Source of the DNA: Verrucomicrobiaceae bacterium
GTDB taxonomy: Bacteria > Verrucomicrobiota > Verrucomicrobiia > Verrucomicrobiales > Akkermansiaceae
Assembly (NCBI GenBank): GCA_051252135.1
Contig: JBPOGH010000002.1
Span: 160,001-224,000 of the forward strand
Length of the DNA: 64,000 bases
Direction: 5' to 3'
How positions within the stretch are numbered: position 1 is the stretch's first letter; the number at the start of each line of letters is the position of its first letter. The notes under the pieces are model-generated. The model was not told where the DNA came from. It searched no databases and was given only the letters and a program-made list of their open reading frames with translations. A program made the translations under genes and the position numbers. Shown one piece after another: positions 9,377 to 18,933 of this stretch.

Positions 9377-12300
9377 ATGACCAAGCTCCTCGCCGCTTCC
9401 GTTGTTCTCGTCGGAGGATTCTTCTCCGTGCACGCGGAACTCAAGGTTCACTGGCCGCTGGATGCGATTTCAGGGACGGTGGCCCAGGATGACTCCGGAA
9501 ACGGGGTGAACGGTGATTGGGAGGGGACGAGTGGTTCGGTCGGTTGGCAGCCGACGGGTGGGATTGATGGGGGTGCGGTCTCTTTCTCGGGATCGGACAA
9601 GGACTCGTTTATCTCGTCATCCTTTTCGGAGTTGAGTGGCACGCCGTTTACGATCTCGACCTGGGTGAAGACGACCTCGGGCGCGAATGAAGCGGCGGTC
9701 TATCTTGGCAATGGAGCGGCAGGGGGGCAGTACTATGTGATGCGGGTCCAGGGTGGGGTGGGTCGGGCGAATGCGCGGAACGGGTCAGAAATCCAGTGTG
9801 CCGGAACGAGCAATATTTCCGATGGCCAGTGGCATCATCTGGTGGGGGTTTTTGGGGGGCCGTCCGACCGTCAAATTTATGTGGATGGCGAGGTGGAGCG
9901 GAGCAGTACGACGAATGTGGATGGGATGGATCTGACGCGATTCGGCATCGGGGCCCTGACGCGGAGTACGCCGCACAATCCGGCGGACTTGTTCAACGGG
10001 GAGATTGACGAGGTGGCTTTGTGGGATCGGGATTTTTCCGAGGCGGATGTGGTTGGGCTTCGGGGGCTGACGCTGCTCGGTGGGGGGAACGCGGGTGATC
10101 TGGAGTCCCTGATGGGTGCTTTTAACACGCAGGGCACAGCGCTGATTCGTGGTCGGACCTGGGAATATGCCAGTGGTTTGGGTGGCGGGATGGGTGCGAC
10201 GGGAGGAAGTGTGGGAGGTGAGAATGCCTCTATTGTTTTGGATGGCAGTGGCAACGGGATGCAGATCGCGGGGTCGAGTGAGGTGATGATCGTGTCGTTT
10301 GAGGCTGATGAGGAGTCGATCACCCCGGGGATTCCGGTGACTCTTTCCTGGGTTGTTGCGAATGCGGATACGGTGACGATCGCGGGAATTGGTCCAGTCA
10401 ATGCCGAGGGTGGTTCTGTGGTGGTGAATCCCGGTGTGACGACGACGTATACCCTCAATGCGGTGCAGAATGGGGAGACGGTTACAGAGGATGTGACGGT
10501 GACGGTTGCGTCGGGTGTGGTGGATCCAACAATCTCGGAGTTCCTCGCGAAGAACGATAGCGGGATCACGGACGAGGACGGGGTGCGATCCGATTGGATC
10601 GAGATTCATAATGACTCTGCCTTTGCGTTGAATCTGAGTGGCTATTCATTGACGGATGAGGTGGCGCTTTTGGCGAAGTGGTCATTTCCCCCGTTGATTC
10701 TGAGCCCTGATGATCGGGTTGTTGTTTGGGCTTCGGCGAAGAATCGGACGGGGTCGGAGCTGCATACGAACTTCACGATTGATGCGGCCGGAGGGTATCT
10801 CGCGTTGGTGCGTCCGGATGGGGTGACGGTTGTGCAGGAGTTCGGGCCGACCTTTCCGGCGCAAACTGCGGACATTTCCTACAGTGCCGGGGGATTTCAT
10901 GCGCCGCCGACACCGGGGGAGGTGAATGGAGCGGGTGCCTTGGAGGGGATTTTGGGGACGAAGGTGATTTTTGGAACGGCCGGGGGCGTTTTCTTTGGGG
11001 GCACGGTCAGTCTGGCTTTGAGTCATGAACATGCGGAGGCGACGATCCGTTACACGACCGATGGAACTTTGCCGGATGAGGCGTCGGCCCCTTACACTGG
11101 GGCGATCCCGATCACGGAAACGACGCAGGTTAAGGCGCGGGCGTTTCTGGCCAATCACCTTCCCGGACCGATCTCCCAGGAGGGTTATATTTTCGCGGAG
11201 AGCGGACTGAGCGGCTTCAACAGTGATTTGCCGATTCTGGTCATTGATACCTTTGATACGGAGGTGCCCCGGAATGACACCAGTTTTAAGGACGCCACCT
11301 TTGCCGCCTTTGATCCGTCATTGGTGACGGGGCGGTCATCGCTTTCCGGTGTGGCGGAGAAGGGTGGGAATGCGGGGATTCATGTGCGGGGGGAGAGCTC
11401 GCAGTTGGGTGGCTTTAACAAATTGAATTTTGCCTTTGAGACCCGGAATTCCGAGGGCGAGGACAAGGATGTGGCACTTTTTGGGATGCCTCCGGGATCG
11501 GACTGGGCGCTGCATGCTTCCGAGATTGACCGGACCTTTATTCGGGAGCGGTTGCCGCATTATTTGTTCAACGAGATCGGGCATTATTCGCCGCGGACGA
11601 GGCCGGTTGAGGTGTTCCTAAATCAAGATGGCGGGCCAGTGACCCAGGCGGATTACCGGGGAGTTTATTTGGTGATCGAGCGGATTCGGCGGGATAACAA
11701 CCGGGTCGATATTGCGAAGCTGGATCCTGATGAGAATGTGGAGCCAGACATCACGGGCGGTTATATTTTTAAGCGGGACAAGAGTGATGCGGGTGATATC
11801 CGGGTGAGCACTCCAGAGGCGGGAAGCTTTACGATTACCTATCCTGTCGATGTGACCGAGGACCAGCGGAGCTATTTGCAGGATTACCTGCGGGATTTTG
11901 AGACGGCGCTGAACGGCCCCTCGTTTGCGGACCCGGAGACGGGCTACGCGGCTTACATTGATGTGGAGAGCTGGATTGATTTCCACATCATTCAGGAGCT
12001 GTCCAAGGAAGTGGATTCGTTTGTGTACAGCACCTTTTATTACAAGGACCGGAACGGGAAGATTGCGTGTGGGCCGATGTGGGATTTTGATCGGTCGTTT
12101 GGAAACACCCAGGCTGCGGATGAGCATTTGGCCCAGGGGTGGCGCGGGGGGACGATCGGGTCGCGCGGGGTGTTTTGGGAACGGCTTTTTGAGGATCCGA
12201 ATTTCATGCAGCGCTACGTTGATCGCTGGCAGGAGTTGATGGAGACGACTCTCAATGACGGGCATATCATGCCGATCATTGATGCGATGTCAGCGGAAGT

Positions 12301-13474
12301 GAACGAGGCGAAGGATCGTAATTTTGAGCCGGCCGGGCCATGGCCTTTGGCGAATGTGACGCGGTCGCATCTGACCTTTCCGACCTATCAGCAGCATGTC
12401 GATTATCTGGAGAGCTGGATCAGCACGCGTCTGGCTTGGGTCGCGACGCAGTTCACGGCCAAACCGGAATTTTTCAATCCTCCGGGGGAATACGGCGGGC
12501 CATTCAATCTCTCGCTGACTTCCAACGGGGGGACCATTTATTATACGACGGACGGGAGTGATCCGCGGGCGGTCGGCGGCGGGATTGCGGGGACGGCTTA
12601 TACGGGAGCGATTCCAATTTCCGAAACGACCGGAGTGGTGGCGCGATCATTGAGCGGTGGTGAGTGGAGCGGACCGCTGAGGGGAAGTTTTATTCTGGGC
12701 GAGCCGGCGGCTGCGGGAAAACTGGTGATCCCGGAGATGATGTATCATCCGTCGCTCTCGAGTGCGGCGGAGATCAATGCCGGGTTTGGGGACGAAGAGG
12801 AATTTGAATACCTTGAGTTGATGAACATCGGGTCGCATCCGATTGAGCTGGCGGATGTGGTGGTGAGCGAGGCGTTTGACTTTACTTTTGGGGTGATGGA
12901 ATTGGCTCCGGGTCAGCGGGTTTTGGTGGTGAAGAATAGGGCGGCCTTTGAATTCCGGTATGGGGCGGGAATGTTGATCGCAGGCGAGTATGGGGAGCAA
13001 AATTTGAGAAACAGCGGGGAACGGATTCTGATCACGGCTGCGGATGGGCTTCCGATTTTGGACTTTTCCTATGGTGATCTTGCTCCGTGGCCCACGACGG
13101 CCGATGGGGGGGGATCCGGGTTGGTGTTGGTGAACGCGGGCGGCAATCCGGCGCATGGCGAGGCTGTTAATTGGCGCTCCGGGGTGCCCTCGCCAGGTGG
13201 TAGTGGCGGATCGGTTCCTTATGTGAGTGGAAGTCTTCTGGATTATGCCGCGTCCGGTTATTCAGGGGACGGGAATCAGTTTTCCTTTACGATTCATCCC
13301 GCTTCCGAAGGGGTGGAATACGTGGTGGAAGTCTCGGGAGATTTGGTCAACTGGAGCTCCGATGCGACGGCAGTCGAGTTTTTGGGAGAAGTGAACACGG
13401 CGAGATCCTATCAAGCGATCGGAGCACCTGCGGCGAAGAGGTTCATGAGATTGCGGGTGCTGCTCGGGGAGTGA
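9377..13474 (+). CDS. Large secreted CotH kinase-family protein with LamG, lamin-tail and chitobiase/FN3-associated domains
   Basis: ISEFLAKN...SDWIEIHN lamin-tail motif, IRYTTDGTLP and IYYTTDGSDPR, CotH motifs VRGESS, YRGVYLVIE, GPMWDFDRSFGN. Confidence 0.85.
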   Translation: MTKLLAASVVLVGGFFSVHAELKVHWPLDAISGTVAQDDSGNGVNGDWEGTSGSVGWQPTGGIDGGAVSFSGSDKDSFISSSFSELSGTPFTISTWVKTTSGANEAAVYLGNGAAGGQYYVMRVQGGVGRANARNGSEIQCAGTSNISDGQWHHLVGVFGGPSDRQIYVDGEVERSSTTNVDGMDLTRFGIGALTRSTPHNPADLFNGEIDEVALWDRDFSEADVVGLRGLTLLGGGNAGDLESLMGAFNTQGTALIRGRTWEYASGLGGGMGATGGSVGGENASIVLDGSGNGMQIAGSSEVMIVSFEADEESITPGIPVTLSWVVANADTVTIAGIGPVNAEGGSVVVNPGVTTTYTLNAVQNGETVTEDVTVTVASGVVDPTISEFLAKNDSGITDEDGVRSDWIEIHNDSAFALNLSGYSLTDEVALLAKWSFPPLILSPDDRVVVWASAKNRTGSELHTNFTIDAAGGYLALVRPDGVTVVQEFGPTFPAQTADISYSAGGFHAPPTPGEVNGAGALEGILGTKVIFGTAGGVFFGGTVSLALSHEHAEATIRYTTDGTLPDEASAPYTGAIPITETTQVKARAFLANHLPGPISQEGYIFAESGLSGFNSDLPILVIDTFDTEVPRNDTSFKDATFAAFDPSLVTGRSSLSGVAEKGGNAGIHVRGESSQLGGFNKLNFAFETRNSEGEDKDVALFGMPPGSDWALHASEIDRTFIRERLPHYLFNEIGHYSPRTRPVEVFLNQDGGPVTQADYRGVYLVIERIRRDNNRVDIAKLDPDENVEPDITGGYIFKRDKSDAGDIRVSTPEAGSFTITYPVDVTEDQRSYLQDYLRDFETALNGPSFADPETGYAAYIDVESWIDFHIIQELSKEVDSFVYSTFYYKDRNGKIACGPMWDFDRSFGNTQAADEHLAQGWRGGTIGSRGVFWERLFEDPNFMQRYVDRWQELMETTLNDGHIMPIIDAMSAEVNEAKDRNFEPAGPWPLANVTRSHLTFPTYQQHVDYLESWISTRLAWVATQFTAKPEFFNPPGEYGGPFNLSLTSNGGTIYYTTDGSDPRAVGGGIAGTAYTGAIPISETTGVVARSLSGGEWSGPLRGSFILGEPAAAGKLVIPEMMYHPSLSSAAEINAGFGDEEEFEYLELMNIGSHPIELADVVVSEAFDFTFGVMELAPGQRVLVVKNRAAFEFRYGAGMLIAGEYGEQNLRNSGERILITAADGLPILDFSYGDLAPWPTTADGGGSGLVLVNAGGNPAHGEAVNWRSGVPSPGGSGGSVPYVSGSLLDYAASGYSGDGNQFSFTIHPASEGVEYVVEVSGDLVNWSSDATAVEFLGEVNTARSYQAIGAPAAKRFMRLRVLLGE

Positions 13475-13526
13475 CGGGGGCGCCCGGGCGCCGTTACGGA
13501 GTTCCCCGATTGGTGATGGGGGAGGA

Positions 13527-14063
13527 CTATTTCATGGGGCCGATGAGCTCGATGAAGTTGCCATCGGGGTCGTGGAAGACGGTGATGAAGTTTTTGCCAC
13601 CGAGGGCGGCGGGGGTTTTGCCGAGGAGTTTGACTTCGGCTTTTTTGAGTCGTTCGAGGGCGGCGGTCATGTCGGTGACGAAGAGGGTGAGGTAGGAGAC
13701 GCCGATGGAGGAGTGGATGAATTTCTGGTCCTGCATTTTCCCGGGAGCGTCGGGGAAGGACATGAGCTTGAACTTGGTTTTGGGGCCTTTTTCGGAGTCA
13801 TCGAGGACGAAGACGCGAATGGTGGCGGGCTGGTTATCGGTGAGGCCGATATCGGTGGCTTTTTCGGCGGGGACGCTGAAGCCTTTGACCTCGGTCATGC
13901 CGAGGGTTTGGGTGTAGAAGGTGGCGGATTTTTCGAGGTCCTTGACGACGATGCCGATGTCGGCGACGGCGTTTGAGAAATTCGGGGTCGGTTTTTCGGC
14001 TTCCTGGGAGAAGGCGGGGAGAGCGATAAGGAGGGACGCGAGGGCGATGATTTTTTTGGTCAT
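13527..14063 (-). CDS. Secreted VOC/glyoxalase family protein
   Basis: Signal peptide, IGIVVKDLEKSATFYTQTLGM, FHDPDGNFIELI. Confidence 0.85.
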   Translation of the reverse strand: MTKKIIALASLLIALPAFSQEAEKPTPNFSNAVADIGIVVKDLEKSATFYTQTLGMTEVKGFSVPAEKATDIGLTDNQPATIRVFVLDDSEKGPKTKFKLMSFPDAPGKMQDQKFIHSSIGVSYLTLFVTDMTAALERLKKAEVKLLGKTPAALGGKNFITVFHDPDGNFIELIGPMK

Positions 14064-14072
14064 TGGGTGATC

Positions 14073-14290
14073 CTAGGGAAGCGCTGATGAAAGAGGAAGC
14101 ACGCTGAACGGTTTAAAGGATTTTTTAGCCAGGGAAGCTTGGCTTCCGAGGTGAGAGGAGCTGCAGCCCTTTTGGAGTCTGGCGGCGTTGCTCAGGGAGC
14201 CGCTGATGATCAGCGTCGCCCTTCGCGCCTTGCCAGACTTTCAAAATGACTTGCGGCAGCGAACTCCCTCTTTCATCAGCGCTTCCCTAG
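14073..14290. mobile_element. MITE copy 1 (210 bp element 14077-14286, 20 bp perfect TIRs, flanked by CTAG)
   Basis: CTAG-GGAAGCGCTGATGAAAGAGG ... CCTCTTTCATCAGCGCTTCC-CTAG; near-identical interior at 30976-31184 and 35982-36189; no transposase ORF. Confidence 0.85.
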
Positions 14291-14319
14291 AGGGAGGAGG
14301 GGGGAGGGCAAGGAATCAC

Positions 14320-15599
14320 TTATGGGGCGACGGTTTGAGGATTGATGGTGAAGTCGAGGCGGGTGAAGGGGGCGGTGGATTCGATTCGTTTTCGACCGTC
14401 GGGGAGGGAGGTGATTTCGTTTGGATCGAGGGGGGTCCAGGTTTTGAGGTCGGTGCTGGATGAGGCGGAGGTGGTGACGTAGTCCGTGCGGGCGGGGAGG
14501 AATTCCCAGATTCCTTTTTGGGTTATTGGGAGGGTGTCGTGTTGGCGGGGGGTGAGGTTGAGGGCGTATTCCCCGAGGGTGGGGAGGCCGTCGCGGTCGG
14601 GATCGGCGAAGAGGGAATCGTTTGCGAGGAGGAAGTTGGCGACCCAGGCGAGGTAGGGGTCGTCCTGATCGGCGGGGATGCCGAGGTGGGTGAGGATTTC
14701 GGTATCGCTGAGTGGGGTGAGGGAGAAGTCGGCGGCTTGGTTGAGGGCGTTGATGATGAGGTTTGCGAGTTGGGCCTGGGCGGGGGTGGAGGGGTGGAAG
14801 CCGTCCTTGCAGAGGAGGTAACGGGGGCGGTTTTCGGGGTCGCCGCGGGGGATGAACTCGATGTTTCCGATGCGGTAGGGTGCGGGTGAGTCGAGCTCGC
14901 GGGTGAGGGCGAAGGTATCGAAGAGGGGGATGTCGAGGGTGGAGGCGAAGCCTTCGATGGCGGCATTGGCTTCCTGAATGTGGCCTCGGGCGATGGCGCG
15001 TCTTTCCGGCTCGGGGATGCGGACCTGGGTGCGTGGGGTGGCTCCGACATCGGGGATGTTGCTGAGGATGATGGGGAGGTCGGGATTTTGTTGGTCGATG
15101 AAGGAGACGAGGGTGCCGAGGTTGCTGACGATGGAGTAGGCCCAGGAGGGGGGTGGGTTGTCATCGGCCAGTTCGAAGTAGACGGAGTTGGCGTCATTTC
15201 CGCCGAGGAAGATGACTACGGCGTCGACCTCCTTGAGTTGGCCGCGGAGTTCGTTGGTGGAGACGAAGTAGAGGAGGTTTTCGATGGGTCCGGAGGAGAT
15301 GATTTGGGTCCAGGTTTCGATCTCGGCGGCGGGGACTCCCCAGTTGTAGTAGAAGCCGCCGTTGCGGAGGTCGAGGTAGGAGCCGAGGTCGTTCTTGTAC
15401 GAGCCGAAGGAGATTTCGGTGGGTCGGAGGATGTTGAGGATTTCGATCCAGTTTTGGGTGTTGGACTGGAAGGGGTCGGAATCGGGGGCGGAGAAGGGGA
15501 CCTCGAAGCGGTATTCCTCGGATTGGCTGTCACCGATGACGAGGAGCTTGAGGGGCTCAGCGTGGGCGGTGGCCAGGAGGAGAACCGGGAGGAGGAGTT

Positions 15600-15603
<4 letters not shown>
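14320..15603 (-). CDS. Secreted SGNH/GDSL hydrolase with C-terminal surface-protein domain
   Basis: IGDSQS block I, LGGND block III, DGFHPS block V; C-terminal DPDRDG...STDLKTW. Confidence 0.8.
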
Positions 15604-16538
<935 letters not shown>

Positions 16539-16650
16539 TGGGAGGAAGGTAGCGCATTCCGGGAGGATTGCGAGTGGGAGGTGAGGGGCATTTGAGACAG
16601 CCTCTGAGGTGTGCGCTTTGCATGGAGGGGAAAGGGGGATAGGGTTGGGG

Positions 16651-17181
16651 ATGGCCGAGGATTTGCTGGCGGACTTTCAGACGGACAATTTTTATATGGG
16701 GCAGGCGTTGCGGGAGGCGCGGCGTGCGTATGCGGCGCAGGAAGTGCCGATTGGGGCGGTGATTGTGCGCGGGACGGAGGTGATTGCTCGGTCGTGGAAT
16801 CAGGTGGAGACGCTGAAGGATGCGACGGCGCATGCGGAGATGCTGGCGCTGACATCAGCGCAGAGTGCGATTGGGGATTGGCGGTTGGAGGGGTGCACTC
16901 TTTATGTGACGAAGGAGCCGTGTCCGATGTGTGCGGGGGCGATTGTGCATTGCCGTCCGGATCGGGTGGTCTTTGGGTGTTGTGATCCGAAGGCGGGTGC
17001 GGCAGGGGGATGGATCAACTTGTTGGATAGTAATCCGCCATTGAACCATCGTTGTGAGGTTCTCCCCGGGGTGATGGAGGAGGAGTGTGTGGGGATGTTG
17101 AAGAGTTTCTTCCGGGAGGCGCGGGAGCGGAAGGCGGCGGGGGTGAAGCACCTTAAGGCCGGGGATGGGGAATTGAGTTAG
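16651..17181 (+). CDS. tadA: tRNA adenosine(34) deaminase
   Basis: EVPIGAVIV, DATAHAE, EPCPMCAGA, DPKAGA. Confidence 0.9.
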   Translation: MAEDLLADFQTDNFYMGQALREARRAYAAQEVPIGAVIVRGTEVIARSWNQVETLKDATAHAEMLALTSAQSAIGDWRLEGCTLYVTKEPCPMCAGAIVHCRPDRVVFGCCDPKAGAAGGWINLLDSNPPLNHRCEVLPGVMEEECVGMLKSFFREARERKAAGVKHLKAGDGELS

Positions 17182-17184
17182 ACT

Positions 17185-18894
17185 CTATTCGGAGGGGGCA
17201 TCGCCGGCGCGTTGGGCGAGGGTGAGGCGGAGAGAGGCCATTTTCTTTTCCCAGTTGATGAGATCGGAGGTGGCCTGGGCTCGTTCGAATTTTTGGTAGA
17301 GGCGGATGATGGAGCGGATTTCGTCGATGAGGTCGATGCCTTGGGTGACGAGCTCCTGGTCCTCACGGGCGATGCGGCGGCTATCGCGGAAGGCGGCGAG
17401 GGAGTCGCGGTGGATTTCGTAGAAGGTTTTCAGTTCGCTTTCGGGGTTTTGCGAGCGGATGCCGGGAGGGGTGGCGGCGGGGGTGAGGATGCGGTGGAAC
17501 TCACGGGCGAACATTTTGGAAGAGAAGTAGGCGGGGCGTCGGCCGATGGCTTGCTGGAGGAGGGCGACGGAGGAGAGGTGGCGGGGGGAGGATTGGGCGG
17601 CGGCCTGGAGCCGGGTTTTGACGCTATCGTAGACGAGGGAGGCTCCGAGGTTTCCTTTGGAGGTGCGGCGGAGGGCGTCGGCGACTTCACGGAAGGAGGC
17701 GCTGGCTTTGCCGAGGGGTTGGGGGAGGACGCCATCGGCAAAGTAGACATCACGGGCCTGGTCGAAGGTGGAGCAGGCGATGATCTCGTATTGGAGGAGG
17801 AATTGGGGTTCTTCGAGGACGAGGAGGGCGTTGAGGTCATCGGCGAGGCTTGGCGGGACGAGGAGGCGGGTGCCGGGGGTGGGGCGGACGTTCCGGATGG
17901 CGTGGAGGAGGGGCCAGCAGTCGTGGGGGCGATCGAGTGAGCCATCGGCACGGAGGCGGGCGAAGAGGATGGTATTGGGGATGATCTGGCGTCCGGTGGA
18001 GGCGCTATCGAGCAACATGGCGAGGGGGGCGGCGATGTTTTCCTTGTTGGTGAGGGAGTAGGCGAGGCCGGAGGTATCGACATTGAGATCGTATCCGGTG
18101 GGGAGCGGGCGACCCTGGGTTTTGAAGAATTGGTAGATGGCGTCGTAGAGGGGATTAATGGACCTGTCCTGAACGTTGGGTTTGAAGCGGAGCCGGCCAT
18201 TGTTGGTCTTGGTGAGGACGACGGTGAGGGTCACGAGGCCGCGCCGGGTTTCGCCTTCTTTGGTGACGAGGGCGAGGGGGGATTGGGTGATGAAGCGGGT
18301 TTCGAGGAACTCTTTTTTCCCGGGAGGTTTTGGGGTGGGAGGTTTTGGGAGGTCGGGTGGTGGTGCGGGGGCGACATCGAAGGCGGCGAGGGGGGGGATG
18401 ACGCCGAGCCATCGGGCGGCTTCTCCGTCGAGGTCCCGGTTTTTGATGAGTTGGGGGTCTTTTTCGAAGGGGGCGAGGACGTCGAGGATGAGTTGGCCGA
18501 GTTGGTTGGCGGACTCATGGTTGGGCATTTCGATGAGCCAGGCGGCGGTGTTGAGGCATCGTTTGGCGGACTCGCTGCGATCCTTTCCGGTGGAGGTGGA
18601 GCGGTGGATGCCTTCCTCGAAGGTAGCTTCGAGTGCGCGGGCGCGGGGCTGGGAGGGGTCGAGGCGGAGGGCGAGGGTGAGGAGCTTGGAGCGGTGTCGA
18701 AATTCCTCTGCCGACCGAGGGGTTTTGGCATCGGCGGTGACGGCGAGGTCAGCGGCGAGTTGGGCGATGGCGTCGGCGTCGAGCGGGATGAGGTCACGGC
18801 GGATGAGGGGGTAGGACTCATCCGAGGGTTGATAGACGGGAGCGGCCGTCAGGAAGGACGACAGGAAGAGGCCGACGAGGAGGGCGCGGATCAC
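17185..18894 (-). CDS. Secreted hypothetical protein with a degenerate Lon protease C-terminal (S16)-like domain
   Basis: Signal peptide, Pro-rich linker; segment NIAAPLAMLLDSASTGRQIIPNTILFARLRADGSL...RLLVP resembles Lon_C; codon usage matches the minus-strand genes. Confidence 0.6.
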   Translation of the reverse strand: MIRALLVGLFLSSFLTAAPVYQPSDESYPLIRRDLIPLDADAIAQLAADLAVTADAKTPRSAEEFRHRSKLLTLALRLDPSQPRARALEATFEEGIHRSTSTGKDRSESAKRCLNTAAWLIEMPNHESANQLGQLILDVLAPFEKDPQLIKNRDLDGEAARWLGVIPPLAAFDVAPAPPPDLPKPPTPKPPGKKEFLETRFITQSPLALVTKEGETRRGLVTLTVVLTKTNNGRLRFKPNVQDRSINPLYDAIYQFFKTQGRPLPTGYDLNVDTSGLAYSLTNKENIAAPLAMLLDSASTGRQIIPNTILFARLRADGSLDRPHDCWPLLHAIRNVRPTPGTRLLVPPSLADDLNALLVLEEPQFLLQYEIIACSTFDQARDVYFADGVLPQPLGKASASFREVADALRRTSKGNLGASLVYDSVKTRLQAAAQSSPRHLSSVALLQQAIGRRPAYFSSKMFAREFHRILTPAATPPGIRSQNPESELKTFYEIHRDSLAAFRDSRRIAREDQELVTQGIDLIDEIRSIIRLYQKFERAQATSDLINWEKKMASLRLTLAQRAGDAPSE

Positions 18895-18933
18895 GGGGGG
18901 ACGGTAGCCTTTCCGGGGTGATCTGACAATCGG

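Noticed and set aside
14188..14463. Short ORFs starting MLREPLMISVALRALPDF, repeated at 31087, plus antisense ORFs in the other copies
   Set aside because: They are translations of the MITE sequence with different downstream ends; no transposase motif.
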